Origin: an uncultured Sphingomonas sp.
GTDB lineage: Bacteria > Pseudomonadota > Alphaproteobacteria > Sphingomonadales > Sphingomonadaceae
Reading direction: 5' to 3' (one strand)
DNA: 64,000 nt
Assembly: GCF_913775315.1 (NCBI RefSeq)
Contig: NZ_CAJYIX010000002.1
Within the stretch, counting starts at the first letter, position 1. Every line of letters begins with the position of its first letter. The position numbers and the translations under genes were made by a program. Of the stretch, positions 50,166-58,623 are shown in pieces. The notes beneath the pieces were generated by a model that had not been told where the DNA came from, ran no database searches, and saw only the letters and a program-made list of their open reading frames with translations.

Positions 50166-50261
50166 CGCCGCGGCGAAGCCGCGTCGTCGAACGGTGGCTT
50201 TGCCACCGCCGGCCGCGCATTCGCTTTTCGCTGATTAGCGCAGCTAATCAGCTGCGAATGC

Positions 50262-50336
50262 TGGAGCGGGCGAAGGGATTCGAACCCTCGACCCCAACCT
50301 TGGCAAGGTTGTGCTCTACCCCTGAGCTACGCCCGC
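50262..50336 (-). tRNA. tRNA-Gly(GCC)
   Basis: Reverse complement GCGGGCGTAGCTCAGGGGTAGAGCACAACCTTGCCAAGGTTGGGGTCGAGGGTTCGAATCCCTTCGCCCGCTCCA. Confidence 0.97.
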
Positions 50337-50510
50337 TCTGGCGTTCATCGACCGGCGTGCCGTGTCGAGGCGGGGCCACTAGCACCGGGTTTTCGGGGCC
50401 GCAACCCCTTTTTCTTGCCCAATCGCGCGTGACGAAGTGAGGGGTTGGCCTTGCCCGGCGAAAGGCCCACATGGGGACGACGTTCCGTTTCACCATCAAG
50501 GGGTGCCCTC

Positions 50511-51422
50511 TTGGCCACGCTGGGTCTTTCCGCCGCCGACAAGGAAGCCGTCGAGGCGTTCCGCCGCGACATCGTCGAACCGTCGATGACCGAATTGGTG
50601 ATCGTCTATTTCACCGCCGAATGGTGCGGCCCGTGCAAGGCGCTCGGCCCGGTGATCGACAAGGTCGCCGCCGAATATGCGTCGAAGGGGGTCCGCCTCG
50701 CCAAGCTCGATGTCGACAAGAGCCAGTTCATCGCCGCGCAGTTCCAGGTGCGGTCGGTGCCCACCGTCTATGCGATGTTTCAGGGGCAGCTCGTCGCCGA
50801 TCTGGGTCAGGCGCGGACCGAATCGGCGCTCAAGGCCAATCTCGACCAGATCCTGCGCCAGTTGCCCGTGGGCGGCGCCGACCAGCAGGCGGAGACCGAA
50901 CTAGAGCCGCTGATCGAAATGGCCGAGGGCGTGCTGGCCGAGGGCGATGCGAGACGCGCGCTGTCGGTCTATGATCAGCTCGCCGAGATGGCGCCCGAGC
51001 ATCCCGCCGTCGCCGGTGGCCGGGCGCGCGCGCTGATCGCGCTCGGCCGGGTGGACGAAGCCGAGGGCGCGCTCGCCGCGCTGCCCGAGGATGCGGCCAA
51101 GGCGCCCGAGGTCGCGCGCGCTCAGGCGGCACTGGCATTGGCGCGAGAAGCGGCGCCGGTCGACGATCTTGCCGGGCTGAAGGCGCAGGTTGCCGCCAAT
51201 CCCGACGATCCGGCGCTCGCATACGAACTAGCCGGCGGTCTGATGGCCGCGGGCGAGCGTGATGCCGCCGCCGACCTGCTCCTCAAGATGATCCAGGCCG
51301 ATCGCGACTGGAACGAGGGGGCGGCGCGCCAGCGGCTGCTCAAGCTGTTCGAGGTCGTCGGGCTCGAGGATCCGTGGGTGTCGCAGCAGCGTCGCCGTCT
51401 GTCGGCGATCCTCTTCGGATGA
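50511..51422 (+). CDS. cnoX: Thioredoxin-TPR chaperedoxin (YbbN/CnoX)
   Basis: WCGPC, TPR-like helices, RRRLSAILF C-terminus. Confidence 0.9.
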   Translation: MATLGLSAADKEAVEAFRRDIVEPSMTELVIVYFTAEWCGPCKALGPVIDKVAAEYASKGVRLAKLDVDKSQFIAAQFQVRSVPTVYAMFQGQLVADLGQARTESALKANLDQILRQLPVGGADQQAETELEPLIEMAEGVLAEGDARRALSVYDQLAEMAPEHPAVAGGRARALIALGRVDEAEGALAALPEDAAKAPEVARAQAALALAREAAPVDDLAGLKAQVAANPDDPALAYELAGGLMAAGERDAAADLLLKMIQADRDWNEGAARQRLLKLFEVVGLEDPWVSQQRRRLSAILFG

Positions 51423-52027
51423 GCGCGACGCGCCTCTCGGTCTTTCCCCTGGGGGGCGCCATCCTGTTTCCCGGGATGCACCTGCCGCTGCACATCTTCG
51501 AGCCGCGATACCGGGCGATGGTCAGCGACGCTCTGGCGCGGGACCGTCGGATCGGCATGGTCCAGCCACGCGGCCCGGGCGATCCGCCGCCGCTGTTCGA
51601 GACCGGCTGCGTCGGCCGCATCGTCGATGTCGAGGCGCATGACGATGGCCGGTTCGATATCGTGCTCGAAGGCGTGGCGCTGTTCCGCATCGTTCGCGAG
51701 CTCGAGGTAACGACGCTGTTCCGGCAGGTCGAGGCCGAACTGCTGCCCCGGGCCGAGGACGAGACGCTGAGCCTTGGCATGCGCGCGTCGATCGAGATGG
51801 AGTCGCGCCGCTTCGCCGAGGTGCACGGCTATGCCGTCGATTGGGAAGCGGTGACGCGGCTGGACGACGAAAGCCTGGTCAACGGCATCGCCCAGATCGC
51901 GCCGTTCGACGTCGCCTCGAAACAGGCGTTGCTCGAGACCGAAAGCCTCGACGATCGCGCCGAGCTGCTCGTCCAGCTCATCCAGTTCTTCGGCCGCCAC
52001 GGCCAGGACGACGCGACGCTGCAATGA
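51419..52027 (+). CDS. LON peptidase N-terminal substrate-binding domain protein
   Basis: [22 protein letters not shown]. Confidence 0.9.
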   Translation: MSATRLSVFPLGGAILFPGMHLPLHIFEPRYRAMVSDALARDRRIGMVQPRGPGDPPPLFETGCVGRIVDVEAHDDGRFDIVLEGVALFRIVRELEVTTLFRQVEAELLPRAEDETLSLGMRASIEMESRRFAEVHGYAVDWEAVTRLDDESLVNGIAQIAPFDVASKQALLETESLDDRAELLVQLIQFFGRHGQDDATLQ

Positions 52028-52200
52028 CGGCGCCGGTCGATCCCTGGCTGCTCGAACGGCTGGTCTGCCCGGCGACGCGCACCCCGCTGCGGCAGGACGG
52101 CGACCGGCTGGTTTCGGATACGGCGGGACTCGCCTATCCGATCCGCGACGGGGTGCCGGTGTTGCTGGTGGAAGCGGCTAGTCCGCTCAACGCCCGCTGA
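52024..52200 (+). CDS. Trm112/YcaR family protein
   Basis: [10 protein letters not shown]...[11 protein letters not shown]. Confidence 0.92.
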   Translation: MTAPVDPWLLERLVCPATRTPLRQDGDRLVSDTAGLAYPIRDGVPVLLVEAASPLNAR

Positions 52201-52378
52201 GCGGCAGTTCGATCTTGTCGGCGTGCGTCGGTATCGGGACCGAAAACAGCGTGATTGCAGCGGCGGCGCCACAGATGGCCCAACCATACCGCTTCGCTTT
52301 GAAATCCATGAACCCACGGACGGCACAATAAATCGCTGCGGCCAAAAGCGCTGCCATCCAGACGGCGCTCATTGTCAA
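52187..52378 (-). CDS. Small two-TM hypothetical protein
   Basis: Two hydrophobic stretches; TTG start overlaps coq4 TGA. Confidence 0.55.
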   Translation of the reverse strand: MTMSAVWMAALLAAAIYCAVRGFMDFKAKRYGWAICGAAAAITLFSVPIPTHADKIELPLSGR

Positions 52379-53163
52379 ATCCCGCTCAGCCCCTTGGCCT
52401 TTAGCGACACCTGCGCGCGGTGATACGCCACCGGCTCGGCGATCCGCAGTCGGCGCCGCGCCGCCTCCAACGGCTCAGCGAGCAGCGCCTCGTAATCCTC
52501 GCCGTGCAGCCACGCGGCGCGCCTGCCGTGGCGGTATCCTTCCCATACCGCCTTCGCGAACAGCGTGTCGCCGGTGATCTTCAGGCTCTTGAGCGCCGCG
52601 GCCACGCCGATCGCCGCCCAGCCCAGCCCCTTGGTCTGCGCATAGCTGAACGCGACGAGGCACGCCTCCCCCAGCGGCTCCTCCGCCGTATAACCGGTGA
52701 GCACGTGCCAGATGTCGTGCACGTCGCGTTCGCGGCGACCGAACCAGGCATAGGGATGATCGCTGGCGCGAAACTCGGCATTTTCGGCATAGCTGATCTC
52801 GGCCAGCCCCTGCGCCGAGAAACCGGTGCGATCGAGGAAGTCGCGATACGCCGCTCCGACCGATCCGGCGGGTAGTGCATCGACCCAGGCTCGGTCGCCG
52901 AACCGCTCGGCGAGCTCGACATGCGCAAAGGCAATGCGCCCGCCCTCCGCCGTGCGCAGCAGCCTGGTAAAATTCTTGTGGCTGGTGTCGGCGTTGAGGG
53001 CGCGCATGATGCGAAACACCTGCCCGGTGTCGTCGGCGTTCTGCAGCAGCTTGCGAACCGCCACGAAGGCACCGCGCCAGTCGCGCTTCAGCGGCCGACC
53101 GGGATTGAAATCGCTGTCGCGGTCATCGACATCGATGCCGATCGTATCGGGAAGAGTGGCCAC
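52375..53163 (-). CDS. Coq4 family protein
   Basis: LPAGSVGAAY, RERDVHDIWHVLTGY...GEA (HDxxH motif). Confidence 0.88.
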   Translation of the reverse strand: MATLPDTIGIDVDDRDSDFNPGRPLKRDWRGAFVAVRKLLQNADDTGQVFRIMRALNADTSHKNFTRLLRTAEGGRIAFAHVELAERFGDRAWVDALPAGSVGAAYRDFLDRTGFSAQGLAEISYAENAEFRASDHPYAWFGRRERDVHDIWHVLTGYTAEEPLGEACLVAFSYAQTKGLGWAAIGVAAALKSLKITGDTLFAKAVWEGYRHGRRAAWLHGEDYEALLAEPLEAARRRLRIAEPVAYHRAQVSLKAKGLSGI

Positions 53164-53175
53164 CGCTCGCTCCTT

Positions 53176-53193
53176 ACTGACAATCCTGTCAAT
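53176..53193. promoter_or_regulatory. Putative repressor operator upstream of coq4-like gene
   Basis: ACTGACA-ATCC-TGTCAAT imperfect palindrome. Confidence 0.5.
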
Positions 53194-53221
53194 ATCGCGT
53201 CGGCGACATCAAGGCAAGTCG

Positions 53222-53362
53222 TCAGAAGACGAGCAGCGCGACCGTGAGCCAGAACACCGCCAGAAACACCGCGATCGAAGAATAGACGGCCATGTTCGAA
53301 ACGTTGCCGGCGTCCGAGCGGCTGGATCCCATCACTTCGTCAAAGGGCTGCGACCGATTCAT
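53222..53362 (-). CDS. 46-aa small protein with C-terminal TM helix (not in ORF track)
   Basis: MNRSQPFDEVMGSSRSDAGNVSNMAVYSSIAVFLAVFWLTVALLVF; GGAGAGG RBS. Confidence 0.6.
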   Translation of the reverse strand: MNRSQPFDEVMGSSRSDAGNVSNMAVYSSIAVFLAVFWLTVALLVF

Positions 53363-53633
53363 ATCGTACCTCTCCGACCCCGGTTATAGTTTTACCGGGC
53401 TAACGAAGCATGAACGCGCAGCGTAACGATTTGGATGCGATGCGACACAAAGGAGGTAGTTGATTTTGCTGCATCTTGCAGCGCAGCAAGACCAGCCGGC
53501 AAGAGACGCGGCCATAGCGAGACTCGCCGGCCGTCCTTCAGCGCCTCACGTCCTTAAACGGCGGTCTGAGTGTAAACTGACAGTCCGACCGCCGGCTGCA
53601 TTTTCCCGTTAAATGAGTGGTTTGCCCTTAATT

Positions 53634-54266
53634 TTAAGCCCTTGGATCATGGCGGGTATCGTCAGCGTGTAAAGCAATGGAACCAATTTCGGTCTTTATG
53701 AGGTCGGTCATCGTACGGTGAGCTGCACGCATCTCCACGTAGTGTTGAAGGTAGGCGTCCGGTTGCGCTGCAACCGGCATGCCGTCCACGCCGCGTTCGA
53801 TCGGGCGGAAAATGCATTGCTTGCCTACGCGCAGAACCAGGTCCGCCCATGGCCCTATTCGACTAGGCAACCACGGGTCAGGCGATTGCCAAGACGGCGC
53901 GGCCCGTACGTGCCGGAAAAGCCTTCGAACAGGCGAGATCAGAGTGACAGGTACGGCGACCCACGCATGCGCAAACAGGGCGTTCAGTCCCTTAACGACG
54001 GCTTCGGGCGACCCTGTGATTACAGGGCGATGTCCATCCAGTCTTAAAAGCTGTAAGTCGTAGTTGTTCGCCGCGTATCGGTCCGGAGAGGCGAGCTCGA
54101 ACACTCCAGCCTTGACGCAATCATCGCCGTCCACATAGGCCCAGTGTACGCTGGTCGGGAGATCGGTGTCCTTTAGGCAACCTTCGCCGATCACGTACCC
54201 AAACCGCCCCGAGCGATCATTGCGGGAAAGAGGCCGAAGGATGTCGAGCGTCGTCGAATTCAGCAT
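53634..54266 (-). CDS. Hypothetical protein (210 aa)
   Basis: Open frame with GGAG RBS 7 nt upstream; no family recognised. Confidence 0.6.
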   Translation of the reverse strand: MLNSTTLDILRPLSRNDRSGRFGYVIGEGCLKDTDLPTSVHWAYVDGDDCVKAGVFELASPDRYAANNYDLQLLRLDGHRPVITGSPEAVVKGLNALFAHAWVAVPVTLISPVRRLFRHVRAAPSWQSPDPWLPSRIGPWADLVLRVGKQCIFRPIERGVDGMPVAAQPDAYLQHYVEMRAAHRTMTDLIKTEIGSIALHADDTRHDPRA

Positions 54267-54607
54267 GCGTCAGCTCCGTCCGAACAGAGGCACCGGCAGT
54301 GCGCCGGGTGTTAGGAACCTGGACAGATGAACAGGCGCCGTCGCCTTTGGGCGAGACGCCTTGGACATGCGCGACGGCCACCCGGACGAGAATGTCTCGG
54401 CCGGCCACCTGTCTTGAGAGGTTCCTACGCCCCGCGGCCGATTTTGCAGGCCGCGATCGGTCCTTAGCGGATCGCCATTGCTTGCGCCAATAGAAGCGAT
54501 TGACGCAAAATCGGCATCACACTGGCGCGAGCATCGCCTCTGGTCATAGCTATATGCGTATCTGCCATAAATTGGCGGCAATGATCCGGCTGAGGACCTT
54601 GCGAATC

Positions 54608-54622
54608 GTTCTCTTTTTGTTC
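54608..54622 (+). promoter_or_regulatory. Alphaproteobacterial LexA (SOS) box
   Basis: Exact GTTC-N7-GTTC (GTTC TCTTTTT GTTC) about 50 bp upstream of 54676. Confidence 0.75.
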
Positions 54623-54675
54623 TAGCTGCGGAGGCGCTGCTGCGGCGGCGACTCGAGAACGTTTGGGACATGGGA

Positions 54676-54879
54676 ATGCAGCATGATCTGCAACTGCGTG
54701 CGGCTGCACGCGTGATCTACGACGCCTGCTATCCGAGCGAGGATTGGTCACCGATCGGGTTCGATGAAGCCGAAAGGTTCGGGACGATCCATTATCGCCA
54801 AGCTGTCGATGCTGCGCTTCGAGCTCGCGCGGTAATGGCCGCGCGTGGCGAGCAGTTGCAACTGCCCGTCTTCGCCTGA
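54676..54879 (+). CDS. Small hypothetical protein (67 aa)
   Basis: MQHDLQLRAAARVIYDACYP...QLQLPVFA; first ORF after the LexA box. Confidence 0.7.
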   Translation: MQHDLQLRAAARVIYDACYPSEDWSPIGFDEAERFGTIHYRQAVDAALRARAVMAARGEQLQLPVFA

Positions 54880-54880
54880 T

Positions 54881-55399
54881 GTGGTCGGCGATCCCAAAAC
54901 GCTCGATGAGCTCGACAAGATCGAGGCGCAAGTCCGGGTCACTTGCCGAGGCTGCAAGGCAACTGAAATCTGGAAGCTGAACGCGCTGATCGCCGAGGTT
55001 CGCAGGAACGGCGGTAACACTGAATGGCGAGCGGCACGGCGATCGATCAAGTGCCCCAATCGATGCGCATCACCGCTGATCGATCTGCTGCCGCTGCCGT
55101 TCGGAAAGCGGCGGGCACGCCGCGAGGCGCATCGTCACGCACTGATCAATCTGTCGTTGCAAATCCTGCGAGAGGCAACGGCGCGGTCGGCGAACGAGGC
55201 AGTCGGGACGCTGGAAGTTCGGCTGGCGCTGCACGTCTTGCGGCCATTCGTTCGCGATCAGAATCTGCTGACCCAGTATTGGATGACCGCCACCGAAACG
55301 CCGCGGCATCCATGGTGCAGCTGCCACAAGCCGTATCGAGCGATCGTCGACCGGCTGATCGAACTGGAGGCGGACGTCGATCGAGAAAACTTGCCCTGA
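54881..55399 (+). CDS. Hypothetical protein with putative C4 zinc-binding motif
   Basis: CRGC...CPNRC, later WCSCH; GTG 1 nt after upstream stop. Confidence 0.65.
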   Translation: MVGDPKTLDELDKIEAQVRVTCRGCKATEIWKLNALIAEVRRNGGNTEWRAARRSIKCPNRCASPLIDLLPLPFGKRRARREAHRHALINLSLQILREATARSANEAVGTLEVRLALHVLRPFVRDQNLLTQYWMTATETPRHPWCSCHKPYRAIVDRLIELEADVDRENLP

Positions 55400-55407
55400 C
55401 GTATTCG

Positions 55408-55623
55408 CTAGGGCGGCCCGGCCTCGATCAAGGCGTTTTCTTTGATCTGCGACGAGGCAATGGCTGCGCCACACGCCAGCATCGAACCGACGACAGTGAC
55501 GAGCACCGGGGAGCCCTCGTCATTGACGATCACCCAGACGGCGAGAGCGATGAGGGCGAGCGACGCCCCGAGCAAAACGCCGATCAGGAACCGCGGCGAG
55601 ACTGCCGATGTCCTTGTTGTCAC
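55408..55623 (-). CDS. Small two-TM hypothetical protein
   Basis: Two hydrophobic helices in 71 aa. Confidence 0.55.
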   Translation of the reverse strand: MTTRTSAVSPRFLIGVLLGASLALIALAVWVIVNDEGSPVLVTVVGSMLACGAAIASSQIKENALIEAGPP

Positions 55624-55761
55624 TGCTAGTATCCCCCCTGTTGCTCGGGGGAGAATGAACGAATGGGCACAACTAGCAACGCGTCGACCTGCCGCTCGGC
55701 ATCAACAAAATGGCGATTTTGTGTGCGTTGACGTCTCGCCGGCAAATGCGAGGATAGCGCC

Positions 55762-56466
55762 ATGTGTAATCGCTATCGAATGACGGCAAAGCAGGCTGAA
55801 CTCGCGGCTCGATACGGCGTCGATGCGATCTATGCGGAAGACGCCACGTTCCCCCCGCCGGAGCTGTTCCCGGATCGCGAGGCCTGGGTGATTCGGCACG
55901 ACGATAATGGACGGCGGCTGGACACGATGTCGTGGGGCTTTCCGCGAAAGGTCCCGGGCAAACGGATCGACAAGGTCACGGGGAAGCCCGTGCTGCTCGA
56001 CACGAAGGTCACGAACGTGCGCAACTACACCTCGCCGTTCTGGAAGTCGGCGTTGGCCAATCCCGAGCGGCGTTGCCTGGTCCCGTTCACAAGCTTCAGC
56101 GAATATGGGCCGGGCCCGACGGGGAAACGCCCTCTGTTCTGGTTCGACGTCCCCAGCCGACCCATTGTCAGCTTTGCGGGGGTTTGGCGTCCAACCGAAG
56201 CCGGCGCCGTCTTTGCGTTCCTGACGACCGAACCGAACCCGCTCGTTGCCCCGGTTCACCCCAAAGCGATGCCGGTGCTGCTTGACGAAGAAGACGAGGA
56301 GCGATGGCTCACCTGCTCGTTCGATGACGCCATTGCCTTGGCGAAGCCGTTCCCATCGCAGCTCATGTCAGTGAAGCAGGCCGACGATACACGTACCGAA
56401 AAGGGCAGGGCCGAGAAGGAAGCCGACGAAGAGAAGCGTACCAAGCAGCCAAGCCTCGATCTCTAG
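55762..56466 (+). CDS. SOS response-associated peptidase (SRAP/YedK/HMCES)
   Basis: MCNRY N-terminal Cys2, RRCLVP...FSEY, FAFLTTEPN, VHPKAMPV. Confidence 0.92.
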   Translation: MCNRYRMTAKQAELAARYGVDAIYAEDATFPPPELFPDREAWVIRHDDNGRRLDTMSWGFPRKVPGKRIDKVTGKPVLLDTKVTNVRNYTSPFWKSALANPERRCLVPFTSFSEYGPGPTGKRPLFWFDVPSRPIVSFAGVWRPTEAGAVFAFLTTEPNPLVAPVHPKAMPVLLDEEDEERWLTCSFDDAIALAKPFPSQLMSVKQADDTRTEKGRAEKEADEEKRTKQPSLDL

Positions 56467-56491
56467 CTGGGTCGGACGCCTCATCGGGCGA

Positions 56492-56773
56492 TCACGTCGA
56501 TCGCTCGAGGCGCTGATCGATCGAAACCACCCGCGTCTCGATCTTGAGCCTCCGGGCCACCCTCGCGTTCTTCAGCGCGAGCGCGATTACGATGCGCTCG
56601 AACGGCCAATCGTTGCTGACGACGGGTGTCGCGGCCCTCGTGCCTACCAACGCGACCCAGCGCATCGCCTTCAGCCCTGTTTCGAATTTCGAGGCGGCGA
56701 GAGGGTGCTCGACCAACGCAGCCGAAAAGCCGACGCCCTTGTTGTAGACGACATAGGCGAACGGCTGCCCCCA
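56492..56773 (-). pseudogene. Possible gene remnant lacking its 5' part
   Basis: 94-codon frame with GC3-rich codons (WGQPFAYVVYNKGVG...) preceded directly by in-frame TAG. Confidence 0.3.
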
Positions 56774-56925
56774 CTATCCGATCGACCACAACCGACCGTC
56801 AAGATCATCTAGATGTCGTGCATCGCGTCACAATCAATCCAATCTTGGATACAAAGCCGATCAGCAAATTCTGCGTGGGTCAATCGGATCTTTGCAGCGT
56901 CATCCGCAGACGCTAATCATCAGGA

Positions 56926-57093
56926 ATGAGCGACAACGAACAAAATAGCACGTCTCTCACCATCGCGATCCAGCTTCATCTCAGGGAAGCAGCACGGCTC
57001 GCGAAGCTCGATCCCTCTGACAAGCGGATCAAAGAAATCATGTCCAAAGTCGGAGATCTGGCGATAGCTCGGATGAATCTGAAGGTCCCTTGA
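56926..57093 (+). CDS. 55-aa hypothetical protein (not in ORF track)
   Basis: MSDNEQNSTSLTIAIQLHLREAARLAKLDPSDKRIKEIMSKVGDLAIARMNLKVP. Confidence 0.45.
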   Translation: MSDNEQNSTSLTIAIQLHLREAARLAKLDPSDKRIKEIMSKVGDLAIARMNLKVP

Positions 57094-57413
57094 GTCGGAT
57101 ACGCTGCAACTGGTCGATCGCTATTCAGAACGAAAGAAAGCCGGGGTGCCGATCGATGCCGCGACGGACCTGTTCGCAATCGCGACCGCTGCACAATCTG
57201 ACCCACTTGCGGTCGTTCAGCGGCATCTTTGCCCTTCCCGGAAGCGGACGCTTGTTCATCTCGGCAGGTACGAACCGGGCGCGCGGTTGGTGGGTCCGCA
57301 CCGGATGGCCGCTCATTCCCCCGCAGACGATCTGACACAGAATTCTGACACGCCGAACCTCGCAGAAAACGCCCGGTAGCGCGGCGGTGTCACAACCGGA
57401 CGGTTCTGACACC

Positions 57414-57824
57414 TCAGGCGTTCGGTAAGGCCGCTGGTCCCAATGCCTCAATGATCCGGCATTCAGCGACTGTGCCGCCGTCGCAGGAGTCGATCACCGC
57501 CTTCAGTTCGCGGCGAAGGGCGATCAGATCGGCGAGCTTGCGATCCACCTCGCGCAGATGCTCGTTGGCGATACGGTCGATGCCGGCACAGTCGCACGTC
57601 CGATCGTCGGACAGACCCAGCAGAGCGCGTACCTGATCGAGCGAGAAGCCGAGGTCGCGCGCGCGTCGGATAAAGGACAGACGGCCCAACTCGGCCGCGC
57701 CATAGGTGCGGTAGTTGCCCGTGCTGCGGGATGGCTTCGGCAACAAGCCGATGCGCTCGTAATAGCGAACCGTTTCGACCTTGGTGTTGGTCGCCTTGCC
57801 CAGATCGCCGATCGTCAGCGCCAT
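57414..57824 (-). CDS. MerR family metal sensor, CadR/PbrR/ZntR type
   Basis: TIGDLGK...VETVRYYE HTH; Cys77/79, Cys114, Cys122. Confidence 0.92.
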   Translation of the reverse strand: MALTIGDLGKATNTKVETVRYYERIGLLPKPSRSTGNYRTYGAAELGRLSFIRRARDLGFSLDQVRALLGLSDDRTCDCAGIDRIANEHLREVDRKLADLIALRRELKAVIDSCDGGTVAECRIIEALGPAALPNA

Positions 57825-57828
57825 CACC

Positions 57829-57859
57829 TTGACCCTGTAGCTGCTACAGACACTAGATG
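57829..57859 (+). promoter_or_regulatory. MerR-type promoter/operator 1 (drives CDF gene)
   Basis: TTGACC-CTGTAG CTG CTACAG ACAC-TAGATG: 19-bp spacer containing a dyad. Confidence 0.88.
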
Positions 57860-57891
57860 GGGTGTCGCGCTCGGCTTCAAGAGGTGACGAC

Positions 57892-58623
57892 ATGGCAGGA
57901 GGATGCTGCGGCGGCTGTGCCGCTCCAACTGACAGGGACGACGACCGCGCATGGCGGCGCGTGCTGTGGATCGCGCTTGCCATCAACGCCGGCATGTTCG
58001 GCGTCGAGGTCGTCGCCGGCGTGGCCGCGCATTCCGCCTCGCTCAAGGCGGACGCGCTCGACTTTCTCGGTGATGCCGCGAACTACGCAATCAGCCTCGG
58101 CGTTGCGGGGATGGCGCTGCACTGGCGAGCGCGCGCCGCGCTCGCGAAGGGCGTCTCCCTGCTCCTGCTCGGCCTGTGGGTGCTGGGCTATACCGTCTGG
58201 GTGGCGGCGTCGGGCACGCTGCCGGGCGCGGAGACGATGGGGGTTGTGGGCGTGGCGGCGCTGATCGCCAACATGGTTTGCGCCGCGCTGCTCTGGCGGC
58301 ATCGAGGCGGCGACGCCAACCGGCAGTCGGTCTGGATATGCTCGCGCAACGACGCGATCGGCAACGTCGCCGTCGTCGCCGCGGCGTTCGGCGTATTCGG
58401 CACGGGCACCGGCTGGCCGGATATCGCGGTCGCCGCGATCCTCGCAGGCCTCGGCGTCTCCGGGGGCTGGCAGATCATCCGAAAGGCGCGTGTCGAGCTG
58501 GCTCAATCCCCGCCGAACCGGAAGCGGACGCCGCCGTTGATGGTGCGGCCGTCCAGCGGACCCCAGGCATCGACCGTCCACGCCCCGTCCGGCGCGCGCC
58601 GGGGCAGCAGCAGCGGATCGTAG
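57892..58623 (+). CDS. Cation diffusion facilitator-like efflux protein (short), N-terminal CCxxC
   Basis: MAGGCCGGC; SLKADALDFLGDAANY; WICSRNDAIGN; C-terminal ~40 aa run antisense into the TBDR gene. Confidence 0.88.
   Translation: MAGGCCGGCAAPTDRDDDRAWRRVLWIALAINAGMFGVEVVAGVAAHSASLKADALDFLGDAANYAISLGVAGMALHWRARAALAKGVSLLLLGLWVLGYTVWVAASGTLPGAETMGVVGVAALIANMVCAALLWRHRGGDANRQSVWICSRNDAIGNVAVVAAAFGVFGTGTGWPDIAVAAILAGLGVSGGWQIIRKARVELAQSPPNRKRTPPLMVRPSSGPQASTVHAPSGARRGSSSGS

Noticed and set aside
50230-50336. tRNA-Gly as att site, and the GCTGATTAGC/GCTAATCAGC hairpin as a terminator
   Set aside because: Flanked by ordinary genes, no repeat of its 3' end seen; the 10-bp hairpin lacks a U-tract in the tRNA direction
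54879-54980. ATG-initiated 33-aa ORF coupled to the first SOS ORF
   Set aside because: Overlaps the much longer Cys-motif ORF starting at GTG 54881; likely incidental
56937-56951. Second LexA box (GAACAAAATAGCAC)
   Set aside because: Does not fit GAAC-N7-GAAC and lies inside a small ORF
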